Counted from the first letter of the whole stretch, positions 36,673 through 50,580 are shown. The stretch is DNA of 63,340 bases, filler included, from Octopus bimaculoides (GCF_001194135.2; 9 parts of 9 records of this genome joined end to end with filler, not necessarily neighbours in it); one strand, 5' to 3'. Numbers and translations are program-made. Notes: generated by a model from the letters alone, not told the origin.

Positions 36673-37059
36673 CAAGAATGTAAAAAATTAAAAGGTAGAT
36701 GCTTCACACGGCAAAAACAGGCACAGTTAAAATGTTGGCAGGCACTTGGGAGATTGAAATGAATACACACACACACATATTATACCGACAGATTGACTCA
36801 ATATAATTGTCAATCGATAGTTCTAGAAATGCAAATGAAGAAGACTAAAGTGAATTCCATGCAGTCACAGGAAGAGAAAAGAGTAGTTTCCATGCCTCGG
36901 TCACTCAAATCGAGATAATGTCAAACAACAAAAGAAGGAAAGGCCAGGAAGTTTAAACGATTACGAACATAAGATACACGCGCACATAGCTACTTGTTGA
37001 AAGACGGGATCTCAAAAGAATGGAGAGGATTGTATTTTATACATACATGTATGCGTGTG

Positions 37060-37091
<32 letters not shown>

Positions 37092-37779
37092 CACATACAC
37101 AAGCTGGTTTATATGGTTGACATCGCTTTGTCTACATTATTCGACTTGGGGTGGCGGCGGAAATGAATAAGTATTATTGTTGCCAGATATGCTACTAAAG
37201 AAAATCCACAGACATTGGAGAAACAACAGGGATAATAATAATAATGATGATGATAAATAATAGTATACGTACGTGTGTTAACGATCGGTTATTTATCCTG
37301 GAGATGTAAAATAAAAGAGATAGAGTAAAATAAACTCACCAGACATTTGCTCTTGTCGGGTGATCTTATTTAGTATGACTCTTAAGTTTATAATTATATT
37401 ATTATTACTACTATTACTATAAATATGGCTATCAACACCAGTAATAGTATAATTATTTTCAATCCAAGTTTAAGTAAAATTCCACAAAGTCTTTGTATAA
37501 TGACAACGTTGACAGTTAAACATGAATGAACGAAGCAACATAAACCAGGATTCAAACAGTTTAAACAATACTATCTCGTTTAAGCTTTTGCTTCCTCGGA
37601 TTCCTTTGTTTTCTCGTTTTAATCTGCTTTCAAAAAACTTCAGAACTTTTTAGGAACATGTTTCTGGGAATATAAAAAACAGTATCAGATTTGTATAACC
37701 ATAACATTCATAAATGATTTCAAGATGCACCTATTGAAGATCCGGGTTTGACCAGCAATTTAAAGAGAGCCAGGGGCAG

Positions 37780-38500
37780 GTAACTCTGGTACACTAAAAC
37801 CTGCAAGTACTGGAGGCACAGCCTTCCTCACTAAAACAGGCGTACAGAGGGAGGGAGGACTGTTACCCTCTCTGAAAGAGAAAGAGAAAGAGGTGGGAGG
37901 GGAGACAGGCTGTGAGGACAGAAACGTGAGGGCGGACAAGTCAGCATGTTTTATAAAATTAAGATTTTTTTTATTAGTCATAATTCTGAGAAATCAATCC
38001 AAACGCATAGAAGGAGGCAAAGTTGTGAAGAATGAATTGGAGGCAGATAATTTGTCTAATAAAACTAATCATGTTTCATAATTACGAGAAATCAGGAGCT
38101 TGTATTAAAAAAAACAACATAATATGGATGCAAACTCAGCTGGATCCATAGTAAAGATTGCCCCGCTGCCCTCCTTTGGCCGGGAGGGGGCAGGCAGTTT
38201 TTATTTGTCTGGTGGCTGTAGCGAAAGAGGTAGTATGGTGGACTCGTCTGAAAGGGCTAAAGTCAGACACTTTCCTCTTTGGCCAAGCCCTCATCAACTT
38301 AGGAAAGTGGTGCCTTCTAGCAAGTTTATTGAAAGGTGAGTGAATGTAGGAAGGATGGCCAGTGTGAAAGGACCAATTCTGAGCATACACTTGTGAAGAA
38401 ATAAAAGGGCCCTTGCACTGTTTATCAGGCACCCGTGGCTTTTGTGGGGTTTTCCACGAGGAATCTTAAAGCGCCTCTTCTTCCTATTGGGAAATTTTAT
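37780..38500 (+). mobile_element. L1/Tx1-clade LINE ORF2 C-terminal relic and 3' UTR
   Basis: VAVAKEVVWWTRLKGLKSDTFLFGQALIN...SSKFIER*VNVGRMASVKGPILSIHL*. Confidence 0.6.
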
Positions 38501-39899
38501 TACTTAATTCTTATTGTTTTTTTTTTTTTACACACGTTAAAACTTGTTGTATCGTCTTTTTGCGTGGGAAGTTGCTAATACAAACGTCAACACTTTGATA
38601 ATTGGACTGAATCATTAATCTTATAACCATGAAATACCTCTGTGCAATGAAAGGCAATAACACTCATCCTGTGTGAATAGCTTCATGTTCAAGATTTTAT
38701 TCCGACGTGATAAGTGAACGCGTACAGTGAGTATACAATGTTCAATAAAGATTTCTGGGAAGAAGAAGAAAGGTTTTGAACAACATGTCATATTCCGTGA
38801 TGACTTTGAGTAAACAGAAATAAACCAAGCTACGAGATTTACTTTCCACAGGCACTAGACGTAGAATACCATGACGAGCTACTGGTAGGAAATCAGATAT
38901 TGAATTCATGTGCCTGGCTCTCTCTTGGTCGTGGTGGACCTTGTCGCGTCTCACAGAGGCTGTTAGAGAAGAGAGGCTGATTTAAGCGTGAATGCTGCTG
39001 GTCTCGTGTCAAAATTTGAAACCATTATTTAAAAGAGGAGAGCCAAAAAATTGTCATTAATATTTGTGGTAAGAGGAATCCTGGTATTTGTAATTTTTAG
39101 AGCTACTGCTCTTGTACATTTCAATTTTCCATCATTTATTTATTTCTATTATTTGTTGCATCGGAGAGACAAACCCTAGATTTCTTATAACTGAAAAAAA
39201 AAAAAAAAAAAATTATTACTGGTTGAGGAACAAGGTCAATAATTTTTTAAGGAAGAGGAGTCGATACTATCCTATCATCTCCAGTACACTACTGAAACTT
39301 TTCATCGACTCAGTAAAGGCGAAAGACAAACTTGATTTCGACCGGAATTGAACTCAGAATGTAAAGAACCGGAAAAAATATCGCAAAGCATTTTTTCTCG
39401 AAGCTCTAACAATTTTCAATATTTGACTGGTATTTGCTTTATCGATCCAGAATGATGAACAGCAAAGTTGACCCCGGTGGGGTTACAGCGTAAAGGGTCG
39501 TAACTAAATATTGTAAGATATTTTCAACTTCAGTCTAAAGATTCTACATAAGGTGACAAAGCAAGACATTTAATGAATGGAACGTTCTAGTTTACATTTA
39601 CACTACTACAATACATACTGAAAATATTATTCTAGACTATGTTAGACTAAACTTAAACTGTGAAATTTTGTTATCGTATCCGCCAGTATCTTAGTGATAA
39701 TGAATAAATACTATTAATTCAGGATAATGTTAGAGATATTTTTTTATGTTGTGCAATGATACCAAGCAAATTATCGAATGGATAGTTAAAAAGATGTGGA
39801 CTTATTTTCTTTCTGAGTTAAAAAAAAACCCCACTAACTTAATCGTATCTACCATTTTGAAAACATATTCCTGAAATGTTCTTTAAAAATTTCTATCAT

Positions 39900-40432
39900 T
39901 AAGAAAGTTGGGAGTAAACAAAGACAAAGAGCAGGAGAGATAACGAACTAACTATGCCTTCTGTACTTGACGAGTATTGGAGATCGACCCTATAGAATGC
40001 TTTAGACTGATCCAAATTGATCAGGGCCCCACCAGTGCCAGCTACCTTTCCTACCCTTTCTATGATGTAGTGCATGGAGTGGAGGTTGTCGTGGATAAAT
40101 GTGCACGAGACTGCGTGCGTCACCAACCAGCTTATCAATCACAAGCACCAACCTCTTGGTTAACACGTTGGCCAAAATCTTATAATCTGTCTTCAGCAGA
40201 GTTTTGTGCCTAAAAGTGTCTATTTTCACCCCCTTGTTCGGGTCTTTTCTCAGCAGCATCACTACACCACGGCTCAAAGCACTGGGAATTCTGTGCCAGT
40301 TTCGGGAGACATCCGCCAAGAGATTACCGAACAAGTCTGGCAGACCATCTAGCTCCGGAGACTTCTCCCTTGTGTAGCTCGTCATCGCGTCTCGCATATC
40401 TTCGTCTGTTATCGGCATTTCACAGAACCCTT
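39900..40432 (-). mobile_element. L1/Tx1 LINE RT fragment (left of the LTR insertion)
   Basis: PITDEDMRDAMTSYTREKSPELDGLP...TDYKILANVLTKRLVLVIDKLV; LINLDQSKAFYRVD. Confidence 0.88.
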
Positions 40433-42498
40433 TATAGGAAAGTGGGTTATCCATCATTAGATGTATACCTGACTTTCCTATATAAAATTATGAATTAAAC
40501 GGAACGCTGAACTCCAGACCATCAACTTAAACAACATTTATTCAGGTGGTAAATATATACATCTTTAGCTCTTGTTGTTACAGCTTCTGTGTGTATGAGC
40601 ATGGTTGTTGGGACGTTGTTATGTAGATGTAAGCGAGCTGTCTAGCGTAAGTCCGAAAGGTGGAGAGTGNNNNNNNNNNNNNNNNNNNNNNNNNNNNNNN
40701 NNNNNNNNNNNNNNNNNNNNNNNNNNNNNNNNNNNNNNNNNNNNNNNNNNNNNNNNNNNNNNNNNNNNNNNNNNNNNNNNNNNNNNNNNNNNNNNNNNNN
40801 NNNNNNNNNNNNNNNNNNNNNNNNNNNNNNNNNNNNNNNNNNNNNNNNNNNNNNNNNNNNNNNNNNNNNNNNNNNNNNNNNNNNNNNNNNNNNNNNNNNN
40901 NNNNNNNNNNNNNNNNNNNNNNNNNNNNNNNNNNNNNNNNNNNNNNNNNNNNNNNNNNNNNNNNNNNNNNNNNNNNNNNNNNNNNNNNNNNNNNNNNNNN
41001 NNNNNNNNNNNNNNNNNNNNNNNNNNNNNNNNNNNNNNNNNNNNNNNNNNNNNNNNNNNNNNNNNNNNNNNNNNNNNNNNNNNNNNNNNNNNNNNNNNNN
41101 NNNNNNNNNNNNNNNNNNNNNNNNNNNNNNNNNNNNNNNNNNNNNNNNNNNNNNNNNNNNNNNNNNNNNNNNNNNNNNNNNNNNNNNNNNNNNNNNNNNN
41201 NNNNNNNNNNNNNNNNNNNNNNNNNNNNNNNNNNNNNNNNNNNNNNNNNNNNNNNNNNNNNNNNNNNNNNNNNNNNNNNNNNNNNNNNNNNNNNNNNNNN
41301 NNNNNNNNNNNNNNNNNNNNNNNNNNNNNNNNNNNNNNNNNNNNNNNNNNNNNNNNNNNNNNNNNNNNNNNNNNNNNNNNNNNNNNNNNNNNNNNNNNNN
41401 NNNNNNNNNNNNNNNNNNNNNNNNNNNNNNNNNNNNNNNNNNNNNNNNNNNNNNNNNNNNNNNNNNNNNNNNNNNNNNNNNNNNNNNNNNNNNNNNNNNN
41501 NNNNNNNNNNNNNNNNNNNNNNNNNNNNNNNNNNNNNNNNNNNNNNNNNNNACATAGATTTCGTAAATACCAGTAATGAGACGATAGAAAAGACAACCGT
41601 ATGAAATGAATAACAAGAGTTATTTAGTGTGGCATAAAAGATGTATGTGTATGTGAGAGTGTGAATGCGACATATAAGAACATAATAAAAGACAGGCCGT
41701 CTATATGTATGTGAGATATCACAGCAGATGGAAAGTCAGAACACGTGAGAGTTTTATACCAAGTTTTTTTTGAGTACACAATTGGAAAGTCGCAGGCTGT
41801 AATTCTTGTCTGTTTATCGTGAGTGGAAAAATCCACTCTAACAGAGGCGAGAAAAAAAACCCCGCGCTTGTTGATGTTGGTAATACGTAGTTAGTCGTGT
41901 TGACTATGGTTGGAGATGTTGGGGGCGTAGTAATCGTAGAATCGTGTTGGTCATGACGATGATGCTGGTTAGTAGTTCAGTCTCCATGGCCGCATTTGTT
42001 CTTTAGTCGGGTTCACCAGTTATAAGTTGGTAGTCCAGAGTCCATGCTGCGTTTGTTTCTTCGTCGGGGTCACCACTTTATAGAAAGTGGGTTATTGCAG
42101 CTCAGCGGGCTGCGTGTTCAAATCACGTCGGGGTCACCAGTATAGGAAAGTGGGTTATCCATCATTAGATGTATACCTGACTTTCCTATATAAAATTATG
42201 AATTAAACGGAACGCTGAACTCCAGACCATCAACTTAAACAACATTTATTCAGGTGGTAAATATATACATCTTTAGCTCTTGTTGTTACAGCTTCTGTGT
42301 GTGTGAGTATAGTTGTTGGGACGTTGTTATGTAGATGTAAGCGAGCTGTCTAGCGTAAGTCCGAAAGATGGAGAGTAACAGCTAAACACGTCCATGCTCA
42401 TGGTCGGCCGACCGAGAAAGAGAATGAATTGAGCGGGAACGCTTGGTTGTTTAATTCCACGCATGCATGAGACTACGCATGCGCACGGCGTTACTACA
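40433..42498 (-). mobile_element. Non-autonomous LTR retroelement (358 bp LTR, tRNA-Trp PBS, 4 bp TSD CCTT) nested in the Tx1 LINE
   Basis: Direct repeats 40433-40669 (runs into gap) and 42141-42498. TSD cctt at 40429-32 and 42499-502. The LINE frame RDEG|FCEMPIT rejoins across the insertion. LTR ends are TGTAGTAA...TTCCTATA on the minus strand. Confidence 0.88.
42097..42139 (+). other. tRNA-Trp 3'-half copy with CCA, serving as an extended PBS (not a tRNA gene)
   Basis: gcagctcagcgggctgcgtgttcaaatcacgtcggggtcacca versus metazoan tRNA-Trp CCAGATCAGAAGGYTGCGTGTTCAAATCACGTCGGGGTCA+CCA (recalled); 1 nt from the LTR. Confidence 0.8.
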
Positions 42499-44060
42499 CC
42501 TTCATCTCTGGCCGAAAGGCGCGGCATACTGCCGAGGTATGAGTTGAAGTCTATCTCCGTCTCCGACTCACTGCTGAAATTCCACACACGTCTGCTTGGA
42601 TTCGAGTAGCATGCGCCCGGCCCAGTCCGTCAAAGATCGAATTGTGGCTTTGTTATCAAGTTGTACCTGTTCCACCCGGGACCATCGAACAGCTTTCATA
42701 ACTTCGTTTCTCAGCGCACGCGTCCTAGCTCTGACAATGCAGCCTATGTGCTTGGCATTGAAGAATTGATCAAGAGCCAATCACGTCGCCAGCATGTCGG
42801 TTGCTATGTCACTTCTCAGAGCCTCTTCTAGCTTCCTAATTAGGCCACTCTCTATCTTAGATTCCTCTAACAATATTTCGTTACTAAACCCTCTCGCCTC
42901 TACTCTAATAGACCTTTTCAGAGGTATCCACTACCGGTTGTTGATGATGGACTAACTTGCTAACCTGATCTTCCGATGGACTAACTTGCTAACCCGGTCT
43001 CTGAAAGCTTGATGCACCAAAAAAGACGCATTCAGCTTCTAGTATCTGTCTATGGATCCTATCTAGGTCGCCCGTACAAAATACAAATTTGTGGTCTGTG
43101 TAGCAGACGACTTTGAATTCTATCTGCAGGCCTACAAATTATTCAATCTAGATACGATCTGGAAGACCCGATGCTCTTTGCCTATGTCTACATTGGCGCA
43201 TTCAGGAAATCCAGTCAGTACCTGTCAGCCTATTAGAAATGATCGAGCAGGTTTGTGAGGCCTTTACACCCCCTTTCATATCGGCTAGCCCCTTCGTATC
43301 CAGGCGTGTATCCAAGATGGCTACTAAAACTAAAGAGCGAGACGTCCCAAGGAAAACATCCAAACGTCTGAAGAAATCTGGTTACCCCGCTCCAGTCGGA
43401 GCGTACACAGCGACTAGTCTAAAAGTACCACCTTCATTATTAATCACACCAAGGACCACCAACTTACCATCCGAGTCCAAGAAGATCGTCCTTACCTCGA
43501 GATTCGGGCCTTTCCAGCCCAGCATCCCCCCCCCATCACTTCCAGACTGATAAAGGAATGCGTAGATATCAAAATCATCAAAAATAGGGCTAGATTGAGT
43601 CTGTTGGAAATTCTGGTTTCGCTGACGGCCGTCACATCTATAGCTAGTGACCTGAGGTCGTTGAGCAGGTGACCTTGCTTCCAGGGTGATCCCAGGCCAC
43701 GAACATTTATACAATTTACTCTTAAACCCACCATGATAACCGGAAAGATTTTAGAGAAGAAACAAAGGGGGTCTACTTACCCCACGGGTACCGCTAGAGG
43801 CCAGGTGGTTCAATCTCCATAAATTGATGGGGTTCTTTTGGAAACCCCCTTAAAAGACTACTCGGATTTTGTTTTTATAGTGTTTGTGGTGTTGGCAGCT
43901 GTAGGTGGTTTGTTGTCTTTGTTTGAGGGCAGAAAGTCTTTAAATGAGTCACAGATCCACATATGTGACATCTTGGCTTTCTACCCTCCACAATCACTGA
44001 CAAGTGAGAGTCATCCCCGTCTGTCAGATCAGGTACTACTTTGTCAATATATGTTTAGTT
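42499..44060 (-). mobile_element. L1/Tx1 LINE APE endonuclease and linker fragment (right of the LTR insertion)
   Basis: MVGLRVNCINVRGLGSPWKQGHLLNDLRSLAIDVTAVSETR; GTFRLVAVYAPTGAG. Confidence 0.85.
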
Positions 44061-44277
44061 AGTTTGTACAGTCAGTTCCATACCTATACCCGACCAGTTT
44101 TGTTGCGGTATTTTCTTATACATTTCATAGTGAGTAGATTACGATTATAACGGAATCTGATGTGAAAAGAAAAATGGTGAGCACGCACACATACTGACAC
44201 ACAGTACAATTTATTTTAGCAATTTCAAGTTTCATTTTGTATATATATGTGATCTGTATGTGTGTGTGCGAATCCAC

Positions 44278-44308
<31 letters not shown>

Positions 44309-44328
44309 TTAATAATAATAATAATAAT

Positions 44329-44577
44329 AAGCTGGCAGAAAACTTTAACAACATAATAGCAGATCCAGAGACAATGCCTGAATGGCTCACAAAAGGGAAA
44401 ACCATCTTAATCCCCAAATCCACGGAAACGGAGAAACCACAAAACTATAGACCTATAACCTGTCTCCCTACGATCTACAAAGCTTTTACTGCAATAATAT
44501 CGCAGAGATTGAGTAAACACCTGGAAAATAACAACCTGTTTCCAGAAGAGCAGAAGGGATGCTGCAAGGGCTCATAC
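44329..44577 (+). mobile_element. R4/Dong-like RT fragment abutting (AAT)n
   Basis: PEWLTKGKTILIPK...PQNYRPITCLPTIYKAFTAIISQRL...LFPEEQKGCCKGSY; ends at a gap. Confidence 0.88.
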
Positions 44578-44689
44578 NNNNNNNNNNNNNNNNNNNNNNN
44601 NNNNNNNNNNNNNNNNNNNNNTTAATTAATTAANNNNNNNNNNNNNNNNNNNNNNNNNNNNNNNNNNNNNNNNNNNNGACCAAGGTTAC

Positions 44690-44985
44690 CGTGGTCTTTT
44701 CCGTAGGCTTTTCCTTCCACGGCTAAACCTAAACTGTCCTCCCCTCTTTTTACACGAGAACATTACTGTGTGATACACGATCCCTATTGATCGGCCTTTC
44801 CTTTTCTTTTTTTTTCGATCCCTTTTGATCGAACTGCCCCTTTTTCCCTTCCTACGATCCCTTTTGATCGACACCACCAATTTTTTTTTTTTTTTTCCTT
44901 CCTTCCCCCTCCCAAAAAGAAAAGCTCTACATTGTATTTGTCCCATCTTCGTTGAGCCCTGTGTGGCTAATAAAAGAAATGTATC
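44690..44985 (+). mobile_element. L1/Tx1-like 3' UTR end
   Basis: gatcccttttgatcga repeats, T-rich stretch, terminus gagccctgtgtggctaataaaagaaa followed by (TCTA)n. Confidence 0.55.
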
Positions 44986-45075
44986 TATCTATCACTCTAT
45001 CTCTATCTCTCTATATGAGTGTATGTGTGCGTATGAACACATACATATGCATATATATAATATTTATATATACTT

Positions 45076-45106
<31 letters not shown>

Positions 45107-45193
45107 GGATGAGCGTACGTACTTATGTACATACACACATACATACATGCACGCATTCACACGCGCACATACATACATATGTATATATATGTG

Positions 45194-45224
<31 letters not shown>

Positions 45225-46126
45225 ATGTATGCATGTATAAATATACATGGATGTATGGATAGACAGTTAGATAGAATGGATAGATGTACACCCACAAGCA
45301 TGCACGCAACAACTGCTCACGAGCTTCGGAGTGCGTGCATACGTGCTAGCGTATTTGTCTATGTACGTACCTACTTCTATGTATGTATGTGCGCATGTAC
45401 GCATGTACGTACGCATGTGTGTATGTATGTATGTATGCATGTATGTTTGTGTATGTGTGTTTATTTATATATGTATATATATATATATATATATATNNNN
45501 NNNNNNNNNNNNNNNNNNNNNNNNNNNNNNNNNNNNNNNNNNNNNNNNNNNNNNNNNNNNNNNNNNNNNNNNNNNNNNNNNNNNNNNNNNNNNNNNNNNN
45601 NNNNNNNNNNNNNNNNNNNNNNNNNNNNNNNNNNNNNNNNNNNNNNNNNNNNNNNNNNNNNNNNNNNNNNNNNNNNNNNNNNNNNNNNNNNNNNNNNNNN
45701 NNNNNNNNNNNNTATATATATATATATATATGTTTCAGCTGTGTGCTGTGTGCATCTGCTATATGAATATTTCCCAGAATGTGTAAACTTCCAGATTTGT
45801 ATGAAGACACATTACTCTGTTGAAGTTAATTAAGCCATCTAGAGTATTTCTTTGCTGCCGCCTACCTTGGCAATATTACTCATATACGTGTGATTAATCC
45901 TAAAATAATATCTTCCCTAACACCTCTACACACCTTCATTTACTACTGTATATACTGTACTGTTAGGACGTAGATAGAAGTGGTGATGCTGGTGTTGTTA
46001 GCAGTGGTGTTGGTGTTGGTGGTGTAAGTGCGTGTGTGCTGGAAGGAAGTTGTACTTTCATTAAGTTTGTGCTTAATGTTATCGGTGCAGTTTTCTATGA
46101 CATGGTTCTCTACCTTCCTTTTCGTA

Positions 46127-46197
<71 letters not shown>

Positions 46198-46399
46198 CCT
46201 TCTCTATCCCTCTCTTTCTCTTCTTGCCTACCTATCTATCTATCTATCTATCTATCTATCTGACTCTCAGGTTTTTGTGTGCGCATGTATATCTGTGCGT
46301 GTCTATATATGCCTACGTATATATGCCTACGTATATATATATGCCTACGTATATATATGCCTACGTATATATATATATATATATTAAAGACATACATTT

Positions 46400-46745
46400 A
46401 TAAAAAATTAAAGGTAAAGACTTCCTTCGGTTACGAATGACATTGGGATTGCACCTAGAAAGTTCCCCTTCGAGGTACAAGTCTGGGCAAAGTTGATTAT
46501 GGAAGACCAGCAGCCGCCCATGCGTACCAGCCTCCTCTCTGCACGCCACCGATGTTATTTGTTATCCAAAGGGAAGTCAAAGGCTAATACTGCTTGGCAC
46601 CAGTGACATCGCGGCTCATTTTTGCAGCTGAGTGAAATGAAGTGTCTTGCTCAAGAACACAACACACTGTCCAGTCCGGGAATCGAACTCATTACCTCAT
46701 GATTGTGAGCCCGACTCTCTAACCACTGAGCAGTGCGCCTTCACC
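46400..46745 (-). mobile_element. tRNA-derived SINE family C
   Basis: Head gtgaaggcgcactgctcagtggttagag...gttcgattccc; tail ggtgcaatccc...gtcattcgtaaccgaagg..tttaccttt; homologous to 62755-63065. Confidence 0.8.
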
Positions 46746-46827
46746 ATACATTTATGCATACCTATAGAAATACATACATACATACATACATACATACACA
46801 CATATGTATGTATATTTATATATATAT

Positions 46828-46865
<38 letters not shown>

Positions 46866-48679
46866 TTCTGTAGCTCTCTTTATATACGTGTGTATTAAAT
46901 ACATATGCACATCTATACACATACACACACACATATATATATATATATAGTGACACATTTACGCAAATAAACATTTGCTTTGTGTGTCTAACTTCTGCTT
47001 GCAAGTCTTTATGCAGATATTCACTGATAAACTCGCTCGAAAAGCACCATTCTAATATTCCTTTGAATCAAAACCACCTCTTTCATTCTTCTGAACAATA
47101 CCGCCAATAATACAAATATCATTCATAAATCCTGTTCTCTCAACTATTTACTCCGCTTTGTCAATGACCGCCCGATAACAATCATAATCCTGTTCTATTA
47201 TTTTGTAAACAGCAGAAACTTACCATAAATTTTTTAAATTTTTTATAATTTTCAGAACGTTTTTGCGAATTTGTATTCTAAACACGGGAAATCATGCGAT
47301 TTTGCAAGTAAAAAAAGTGCATGATTTAAGGCCTATTTAGCTATTATTTTTTTGCACATCTCATGATCATCTCACACTTCATGTGTCTTAAGCATTTAAT
47401 AAGCGAAAAATGACCATGTGGGATAGCAGTTTGCTTTGTTACTATAGAAACATGCACTCTGTGTTTATTGATATATAGTGAACATGGATTTCATGTCAAC
47501 GATTACCAAACAAAACTACGTCATTGCACCAAATATGAAATCAACAGGAACAAAAATTGATGAAATTGAAAAGTCGCAGCCAACCAGAAAAGGTTTATAT
47601 TCAGGACAAAAGTAGGTGAATATAAATTTTCTTAGTTTCCAAGTTAACCCTTTGCCTGTCCTGTGTATCACATATGACTCTTAAGCCATATTTCCCTGAC
47701 GTACATGAATCACAAATGATATAAACTCTACTACTTGACTCTGTGCCGTCAAAAATGACGGCTAGTTGTAGTATTTTATATATAAATAAGGTATAACATA
47801 AGGTATATAATAATCACAGATACACACATTCATAGACTTCGCTTGTATATGCACACATATACACACATGTATTCAAACAGAGTTGAAATGCTGTTTGAGT
47901 TTTCTTTTCAACGCTGAAAGTTCACCATCCCATTTCCATTGCACACACACGCGCACACGCGCATACACACGCACACACACACACACACACACATTCACAT
48001 GCCTCTACTTTACATATACATGCACATACTCACACAGAGTTGAAACGCTGATTTTTTCCACCCCTTCCTTCATTATTCATCTATCACCCCTCCCTTTCTC
48101 ATTCATATGTTGTGACAGAGAAAAAATAGACGATATACAATATGCTCTTTGCCACTTCCTTTCTCTCATTGCTATTACTTTCTCTCACTCTCTCTCAGTC
48201 AGGGTTATTTCTCTCACTACATCTCTTTCACTGAATTACTATTTTCTCTCCTCTTCCTTCACTTATACTACACTTTCTCCTACTCCGTCCTATTACTACT
48301 CTGTGATTTTGGACACACACATATACATACATATACGTATNNNNNNNNNNNNNNNNNNNNNNNNNNNNNNNNNNNNNNNNNNNNNNNNNNNNNNNNNNNN
48401 NNNNNNNNNNNNNNNNNNNNNNNNNNNNNNNNNNNNNNNNNNNNNNNNNNNNNNNNNNNNNNNNNNNNNNNNNNNNNNNNNNNNNNNNNNNNNNNNNNNN
48501 NNNNNNNNNNNNNNNNNNNNNNNNNNNNNNNNNNNNNNNNNNNNNNNNNNNNNNNNNNNNNNNNNNNNNNNNNNNNNNNNNNNNNNNNNNNNNNNNNNNN
48601 NNNNNNNNNNNNNNNNNNNNNNNNNNNNNNNNNNNNNNNNNNNNNNNNNNNNNNNNNNNNNNNNNNNNNNNNNNNNNGT

Positions 48680-48990
48680 GTATAAGAGAATTTGACATAG
48701 CTGCCCTAAACTGCGTCTCATTACGAGCCATTGGTTCGTCTGGTATCGTGGAGAGGAAAGCGTCAAGTTTTGTCTTGAAGACCTCCGCATCCATGTCTTG
48801 CATGTCTCTCAAATGTTTTGGCAGGGCATTGAAGAGCTGAGGTCCTCTGAAACCGAGGCTGCTGCAGTATCTCGTTCTTATGTGAGATGCAGTGGACGGT
48901 ACCTTTGGCACCATGCAGTGGCGACCCGTGCGAGCATTCCTGTAGTACTTGATACCAAAGTTTGGCACCAGTCCTTCCAGTATTTTCCAT
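48680..48990 (-). mobile_element. CR1/L2-group LINE C-terminal fragment
   Basis: YIWKILEGLVPNFGI...SLGFRGPQLFNALPKHLRDM...FKTKLDAFLSTIPDEP...RAAMSNSLIH. Confidence 0.88.
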
Positions 48991-49583
48991 ATGTATATTA
49001 TTACATATATATATATACATAGATACAAATATATAAAAACACTACGCTCATTATTATATTAGGAGATTTTTGTCAAGGACCAGATTAATCAAATACTTAT
49101 GAAAGGAAAGTTTTATGCTACTCAGAACGTATGAAATCATGAGTAACTAAAAGTTTAGAAAGAAGAAAAAACATTTCGGACGAACTTGTGAAAATACTCT
49201 GGACAAGCAAAGGATTTAAATCAGTAGTTTGTCCAGTTCTGATAAATAAGTCTGAAATAAATGTATCCGGTATCTGAGTACATGCGTGTTTGCTTGTTAT
49301 AAAACTGTTAAGTGTGAGAAGCGTTATATTTTATCAGCCAATGAAGGAACGTTTACTTGAGCAACTGGAAATAGCAGCTATATTTCCTTAAATTTTTCTC
49401 CAACTATAGCTGAAGAGCAGAGAAGACCGGTGATTTCCTCCTCTCCAGCACAAAGCCAGCCAGAAGCTGAGAAGCAATTCCCGCTCAGAGAAAAATGGAA
49501 AACTGTCGTATGGAATTGGGGAGATGCTAGGGGCAAAATATACGTTATTATTATTATTATTACCATCATCATCATCATCATCA

Positions 49584-49658
<75 letters not shown>

Positions 49659-50295
49659 TGGTGAGCTGGCAGAATTGTTAGCACTCCGGGCGAAATGCAT
49701 TGTGGTGTTTTACCTGCCTTTATGTTCTTTGTTACAATTCTGCTGAGGTCGACTTTGCCTTTCATCCTTTCGGGGGTCGAGAAATTAAATACCAGTGAAA
49801 CACTACAACCGATGCAATCGACAATTCCCCTCCCGCAAAATTTCAGGACTTTTGCCTATAGTAGAAAGGATTAGTCTTATAATTATTGTTGTTGTTGTCG
49901 TTGTTGTAGTTGCTATTGGGCCAGCTTGACTGGATCTAGCTGGAGGTGCTACTATAACACCTGGTATGCATTCTCCATGTTTTCTCATTTTATATACTAT
50001 GTTTATTCTTCCGTCTCTCCCCACCACCCATACATTTCGTTCTTTTGTTTTTTCACCTGAATTATGTACACCCCCACACAAACTGTATTCTGCATTTGTA
50101 ATATTATTATCATTATCATTATCATTATTAGTGTTATAAATTTCTTTTGTGTGTGTAAAAATAAATATTATCTCATGTCGCTGTTTGGTAGTCGAGTGAT
50201 TCTCCCTGTTAGTGTAATTTGTTTTTCTATACGAATATGTGTGTGTGTACATTTGTATGTGTAAACACACACACACACACGGACACACACACGCA

Positions 50296-50336
<41 letters not shown>

Positions 50337-50485
50337 AGAGAGAAGCTCTGGCTGCATTATTCCGTCTTATTTCTGAATATCTATAAACAGTACAATTTTG
50401 GGTTCACGCGTGTCTCCATGTACAACTGCTGAAACGTTTAAATAACACAGAGGCAACAATGCATATAAAGCAAGGTATTAGCAAC

Positions 50486-50580
<95 letters not shown>

